Positions 59,139 to 64,000 of a stretch of DNA of 64,000 bases are shown in pieces. The notes below the pieces were generated by a model. It had not been told where the DNA came from, did no database searches, and saw nothing but the letters and a program-made list of their open reading frames with translations. The stretch covers positions 806,001-870,000 of the forward strand of contig BROI01000004.1 of assembly GCA_027923505.1 (NCBI GenBank), read 5' to 3'. The translations under genes and the position numbers were made by a program. The DNA is from Mayamaea pseudoterrestris. Taxonomy: Eukaryota. Numbering within the stretch: the stretch's first letter is position 1; every line of letters begins with the position of its first letter.

Positions 59139-59692
59139 GTTTATTGCTGCAATTGAAAGAGTTGTATGGTTTGAAAAAGTGTTGATTGAGACTGCGTCGG
59201 CAAAACGAGTGTAGCTCGACTTGGTTCGGCTCGAGTTTGCAAAATAAAGGAATTATCTCGTCACGTTTCGACCTTTTAATCTCTTTGCTAACAATTTATC
59301 CCGTACTGTATATTGTCTTGTAGTCGCTCGTCGATATCGTCGATTACTTCCATGGATTAGTGGAATCGTCATGACGGAACAGATGGAATGTTCATCAATC
59401 GAGTACCGCTGCGATGATTTCACGGTTTTCGGATCTACCGCAGCGCATTGATGCTTTGATTGCATGAGTTGAAACTGCCGCTATGGCTAACAAGTTGAGA
59501 CTAATAGTTCTGCTTAGTCTTGATGAGGCTACAAATAACTGAAGATGGCTCAAGAGACGCTTACTGTAAATAAAGAAGTAGCGATAGTCGTGTCACGTAC
59601 TAGTACATGGTACAACTACGTGATTTGCTTTTGAATCAGAAGCATATTTGAACAACCGAGCAGCTAATTTATCGCAAGTATTTATAAATGTT

Positions 59693-62600
59693 TCATAATA
59701 CATCCGCTTCAGATGCCAGTTCAGCGAATTTGCTCATCCGCGACGTCCATCCAGTCACAAACCCACAGCTGCCATCGGGACCTTTTGCCATGTGAGACTG
59801 AGCCATAATCTTGCCAGCACGATCCTTCTTCACCGTCAAATTAAGTTTCGGACGTTCCTTGTTGTTTGAACCAAACTTGGACTCGAGATAAACGTCACAA
59901 GTGCGGCAAATTCCATAAAGCTGTCCATCGTAAAGTACACCTTCCACCGATTCCTTCTCCTTCAACGACGACAAGTCGCATCCCAACACCTCTGACAATT
60001 TCACATCATACAAAGTCTCCTCATTGTTCATGGCAATAAACTTCGCCGTGCCCTCATCCACTGACTCGCCAAGGTGTATGCTTTCCAGCCGACCACGAAG
60101 CAAGATTGCCGCACCCTTAGTGACAATGCGAATATCTCGTGCGCCCAAGCCAATGCTGTCCCGTGCCTTAATAAACGAAACAAGATCGCCTCGTCGAGGA
60201 GCTGAAGTTTCATCCGTCGATCCAATGCCGTGGATCGCAATGGCTCCAATCTTGTAGGAAAGATGCTTAAGCGTCACGTTTACTCCTGCTGCTTCCGCAC
60301 TCATTGCGCTAGGAGCCACTTCCAACGCAGCAGCGTCTTCATTTGACTGGCCATTATTCGCAAGATTATCAAACATTTGCGTCGGGTCTCGTAGAAGCAA
60401 TATGCAGCCCATTGCAGCATCGCATCCCTGTGGAGCTTCCGGTAATGATAAATCAACTGTGCTCCAGCGACTCGGCTTGTCTATGGTGGCAGGATGCGAC
60501 GAGCTCCTTTGACGAACCGGCTGTTTCTTAATCCCATTATGGCTTGGCTCCAACAACACCAGTCCCTGGCAAGCATTCTTATCGGCAAGGTTCGGAATCG
60601 TTCCTTTAGGTAACACCTTCACATTTTGCGCGACTCGCTTTCCATTCCTTTCCGTTGTCACCTTGAACGACACTTCGTCGCCCTTTCGAATGCTGTAATT
60701 GGTAGAAGAACTGACAACGCTGGAGAGCTGAAAGAATATTGATTCTCTCTTTGACGCCGCCTCGTCCAGGACGGTTATGAATCCAAAGTTTCGCGCCGTC
60801 ACTATCTCCTTTACAATGCCTAGACCTTCCGCGCTGCCTCCGTCTTGAGCCATTGCAGCTGCAGGTGTAATACGTTCGACAATTCGCATATTCTCAACCG
60901 TGACCATCCCAGTGCGTCGTGACTGAACCACGTCCAACTCTACAATGTCATTAACAGCAAGCGGCGCATCGTTCTTCAATTCGTCGCAAAAGCTGGCGCG
61001 ATCAAAGCGTATGGACGATACAGGCTTGCGTGTTTTTGTCCACTTCTTCTTTCTGCGTTTGTCAGCAGTCCCGGGTGTGGATATGACTTGCCCATCATCA
61101 TCGGATGTAGCACCGTCTGTTGACGCGTCAGCCAACTTTGGCGGTGTCTCGTATCCGCCATCATGTTTCGCAAGCTCCTGGCGCTCCTCTTCCGACAACT
61201 TGCGGATGGAAAGCTTTCCAGGATATGAGGTTTCGCCAGGCACTGGAATATGTGTCACAGATAGCAAGCCCTTTGCATTGAACTCTATCATATTCATGAC
61301 GACTTCATCTTCTTTTGCACTCAAAATGTCATGGTAGATGAGAGCCGTCTGAACAGGCGAGGCAACAAATTCGTCCACCATTTTTGCAACCAGTGGATAT
61401 CGCTCCTCCATCGTCATTGGTAACACTTCCATATCCAAATCAACCATTCCGGCGTATAGCTGCGTTTTATCCTTCTTGCTAATCGTGCCTCGAAGCTTTG
61501 CGCCAAGCGTTTTCGACTGCTGCACTGTACCTGCAGGCAAAAAAAGAATTCGTTGAGCCTTGAGATTTTCTCGTTCCTGTGCTGCCTGGTTCTTGTGATG
61601 CCGTCCAGGCAGCGCGCCTTGGATCCGTCCATGAACGGAAATGTCGAACATCACCTCTGCACCAACTTGCAGTCCCAGCTGTCGGCCGTGCTTGTCTACG
61701 TTCGTCAAGCCCATGTGACGTCTGAGATCGTTCTGTAGCACGTCGGGAAGAACCTGATATAACTTAAAATGCGCATCAACTGGTCGCTCATTGTAATGAA
61801 TGAAGCCGTATGCATCCTTGACAGTGTGGACAATGCCTTCCGATCTAGCCATGAGCGACAAGCTGACCAAGCGAATTCTCCTATCAATCGGATGCTCCGT
61901 GTCTCCTTCTTCCTCAAGCTCAAATGGGGTCGGATTGCGAATCAAATGCTTCGTCGGAGCAGCATGGCAAGCGCCGTCGACGTAATCGCTGACAACGTCG
62001 AAGAGGACCGTGTCACCAAGCTGAATCCATGTTGCCGCCGATGATCCTCCTCGAAAACTATAAGTGCCACCGGGAGAGTCTCTGGCACTCAAATACACCT
62101 CGGTAATCAAGCGGGAGTTGCCGGTCAAGTCGTTGTCTTCGATCGGTTCATGTAAGAGTACCTTGCCCTTGGCTTCTAATGAATGCCCTGCGTCGGCTGG
62201 CTGCGGGCAAAGGACCACAATGCCAGTGACCCCGCAAGCAACGGCATCGTGAAACTTGACGCTACCCTTTGGTTTCAACGAAACTCGGCGAGCACTTAAT
62301 CGCCTTCGCCCATGTGGCTCACCTCCACCATTGGCTTCGTTAACGACGAGAAACTTCATTTCTTGACCTTCCTTGAGCACGAGGTCACCATCACCCAACG
62401 CACGCTCCGTATCGTCCATGTCAATGGTCGAGTAGTGAAAATAGATTTCTTCACGTCGCTTGTTCGACAAGAGAAATCCATACTCGCCCTTGAGCGAGGT
62501 GACGACTCCAACTTCTTCCGTCGCTTCAGCCAGCATTTTCGTCTCCTGCTCATGACGCACCCGGTCTCTTTCAGATAAAATCAAGCTTATGCTTCTAGCA

Positions 62601-63307
62601 AATTGATTCTTGCTGCGCCGGTCTGTCACAATGCTAAACTCAACCAAGTCACCCTTGAGCAGTCGATTTGGCTGTCCCCTTCGACCGTCAGATATAATCT
62701 TGGCGTCCTCGCCGTTCAATGGCTCTGGTTCGTCATGCTGCTGCGTTGGCTGATAGTCATTTTGACGAAAATATAACTCTGGTCCATCGGACACGATCGC
62801 CGCGACGTCCTTTCCATCACGCTGGTCGTCGAGCAAGCGAATGGTGCCATCCAGCGTTTGGCCACGCTCAAACCGAGTCGGTCGATCCACCAATCCCCGA
62901 AAAAGCTTTCCAGGTTCATTTTCCGTCTCCCATGCAATTGAGCCAGGCTCCAGTATCCGCACTTGGTAGGCATTAAGCTTGTCGTTGCGTGTTCCAATAC
63001 GAAACTCCACTTCGGCATCGAGTTGCAGTGAGTCTACTGGTTGCAGTGATTCCGAGTAGTGGAAAAATACTTCCTCCGGTCGATCAGCGCAGTAAATGAA
63101 ACCAAATGATTCCTTGAGACTACAAATGACGCCTTGCTCCAATGGCAATTGCGAGTGATCGGGTGCTTGACGCTGTTGTCTGCCTCCGCGATTGTTGTTG
63201 CTGCGACTGCCGCCGTCGCGATTATTGTAGCTGCGATCTCTATTGTTTCCTCCTTGATTATCAAAATATGACGATTGTCGCGACGAGTTGTTACTGTAGC
63301 TTGTCAT
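59693..63307 (-). CDS. Multi-cold-shock-domain RNA-binding protein, CSDE1/UNR-like
   Basis: Repeated CSD motifs (SFGFI..EVFFHYS; EYGFL..IYFHYS; AYGFI..AHF; NFGFI..IFFQLS) and a C-terminal SUZ-C-like MAKGPDGSCGF. Confidence 0.88.
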   Translation of the reverse strand: MTSYSNNSSRQSSYFDNQGGNNRDRSYNNRDGGSRSNNNRGGRQQRQAPDHSQLPLEQGVICSLKESFGFIYCADRPEEVFFHYSESLQPVDSLQLDAEVEFRIGTRNDKLNAYQVRILEPGSIAWETENEPGKLFRGLVDRPTRFERGQTLDGTIRLLDDQRDGKDVAAIVSDGPELYFRQNDYQPTQQHDEPEPLNGEDAKIISDGRRGQPNRLLKGDLVEFSIVTDRRSKNQFARSISLILSERDRVRHEQETKMLAEATEEVGVVTSLKGEYGFLLSNKRREEIYFHYSTIDMDDTERALGDGDLVLKEGQEMKFLVVNEANGGGEPHGRRRLSARRVSLKPKGSVKFHDAVACGVTGIVVLCPQPADAGHSLEAKGKVLLHEPIEDNDLTGNSRLITEVYLSARDSPGGTYSFRGGSSAATWIQLGDTVLFDVVSDYVDGACHAAPTKHLIRNPTPFELEEEGDTEHPIDRRIRLVSLSLMARSEGIVHTVKDAYGFIHYNERPVDAHFKLYQVLPDVLQNDLRRHMGLTNVDKHGRQLGLQVGAEVMFDISVHGRIQGALPGRHHKNQAAQERENLKAQRILFLPAGTVQQSKTLGAKLRGTISKKDKTQLYAGMVDLDMEVLPMTMEERYPLVAKMVDEFVASPVQTALIYHDILSAKEDEVVMNMIEFNAKGLLSVTHIPVPGETSYPGKLSIRKLSEEERQELAKHDGGYETPPKLADASTDGATSDDDGQVISTPGTADKRRKKKWTKTRKPVSSIRFDRASFCDELKNDAPLAVNDIVELDVVQSRRTGMVTVENMRIVERITPAAAMAQDGGSAEGLGIVKEIVTARNFGFITVLDEAASKRESIFFQLSSVVSSSTNYSIRKGDEVSFKVTTERNGKRVAQNVKVLPKGTIPNLADKNACQGLVLLEPSHNGIKKQPVRQRSSSHPATIDKPSRWSTVDLSLPEAPQGCDAAMGCILLLRDPTQMFDNLANNGQSNEDAAALEVAPSAMSAEAAGVNVTLKHLSYKIGAIAIHGIGSTDETSAPRRGDLVSFIKARDSIGLGARDIRIVTKGAAILLRGRLESIHLGESVDEGTAKFIAMNNEETLYDVKLSEVLGCDLSSLKEKESVEGVLYDGQLYGICRTCDVYLESKFGSNNKERPKLNLTVKKDRAGKIMAQSHMAKGPDGSCGFVTGWTSRMSKFAELASEADVL

Positions 63308-63724
63308 GTTTGGTCGATGAATGAGGCGTAAAAATATTCAGTCTTTCGAACAAGAAACTTGCGAAAGATTTGGGTGTGTATTACTTGGCTCCTCTAGTAT
63401 CTACCCCGAGAGCAAGTTTGCAATAGCTTAGAATCCGCTCAGAGACACAATTGCTTGACAATCTCCGACTCCCAATCGATGCCGATTGATGAATCGAGAG
63501 TTGTGAAAGGATGCAGCAGCAGTTTCGCTTTTGCTTTCCATGGCGCGCGCTTGGCTCATGATCATAAGTCTGGCCGTCTATCGTCCGTGAGTACCGGTAC
63601 GTCGTCCGTTGCTACCGTTCCCAGTCCCGCTACGACAGCATACGATCGCCGAAACGACGACCGCGAACCTCGCTCCGACGAACCTCAGCCTCCAACAAAC
63701 AACAAACATCGGCACTGCCCGACC

Positions 63725-64000
63725 ATGGGCGTTAACCACCGCAAACGAAGACGGACATGGTCTTCTGCCATTGCATGTTGTTACACTACAATATATTCAT
63801 CCTGGACGACAATTATAGTTCACGCAAGCAGCGACTCGACTGTAACGAAAGGCTCGCTTGACGTTCAATCAACATGCAACGCTAATAAAGTCAAAGTCCG
63901 CAAGTTTATACTTCTTTGTGACAGTCCGGGAGCATATTACTATGGGAGTAATACATATCGAAACTCTCGAGTCTGCATGTCAAATGACAAGGCGAACATT
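63725..64000 (+). CDS. Partial CDS running off the window edge (hypothetical, possibly secreted)
   Basis: Open frame MGVNHRK...LLCDSPGAYYYGSNTYRNSRVCMSNDKANI to the window end. Confidence 0.55.
   Translation, partial: MGVNHRKRRRTWSSAIACCYTTIYSSWTTIIVHASSDSTVTKGSLDVQSTCNANKVKVRKFILLCDSPGAYYYGSNTYRNSRVCMSNDKANI

Overview
Eukaryotic, gene-dense, roughly 50% GC genomic window. It most likely comes from a diatom: short GT-AG introns of about 70-120 bp, bipartite plastid presequences, a CoDi-type Copia element and RXL-motif secreted proteins. From left to right it holds the 5' part of a minus-strand Ty1/Copia (CoDi-like) retrotransposon (1-3764) and a housekeeping block (membrane protein, UBL/Tudor-knot protein, FNR, cyclin, plastid cyclophilin-like, PSF2, NTH1, coiled-coil protein, lysine methyltransferase). 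Next is a repeat-rich accessory region of about 10 kb (24.0-33.9 kb), then a giant secreted Pro/Ser-rich protein of about 3,600 aa built around a 7.8-kb 96-bp tandem array. The rest contains RPS6, a gene-poor stretch with a small histone-H3-tail-like ORF, an SAP-like single-pass protein, a folate-biopterin transporter, and MYND, DnaJ, hypothetical and CSDE1/UNR-like genes. The most notable observations are: (1) a 105-aa ORF starting ARTKRTARMSTGG, an H3 tail with a natural K9M substitution, no histone fold and an acidic tail; (2) an array of about 20 mutually homologous 69-80-bp GT-AG intron-like units separated by short divergent spacers, followed on the same strand by a covarying hairpin array and a duplicated three-way-junction element; (3) an in-frame UAG between gag and pol and a hairpin in place of a canonical PBS; (4) a possible recursive (zero-length exon) intron in NTH1. 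All calls were made by eye and none was checked against a database.
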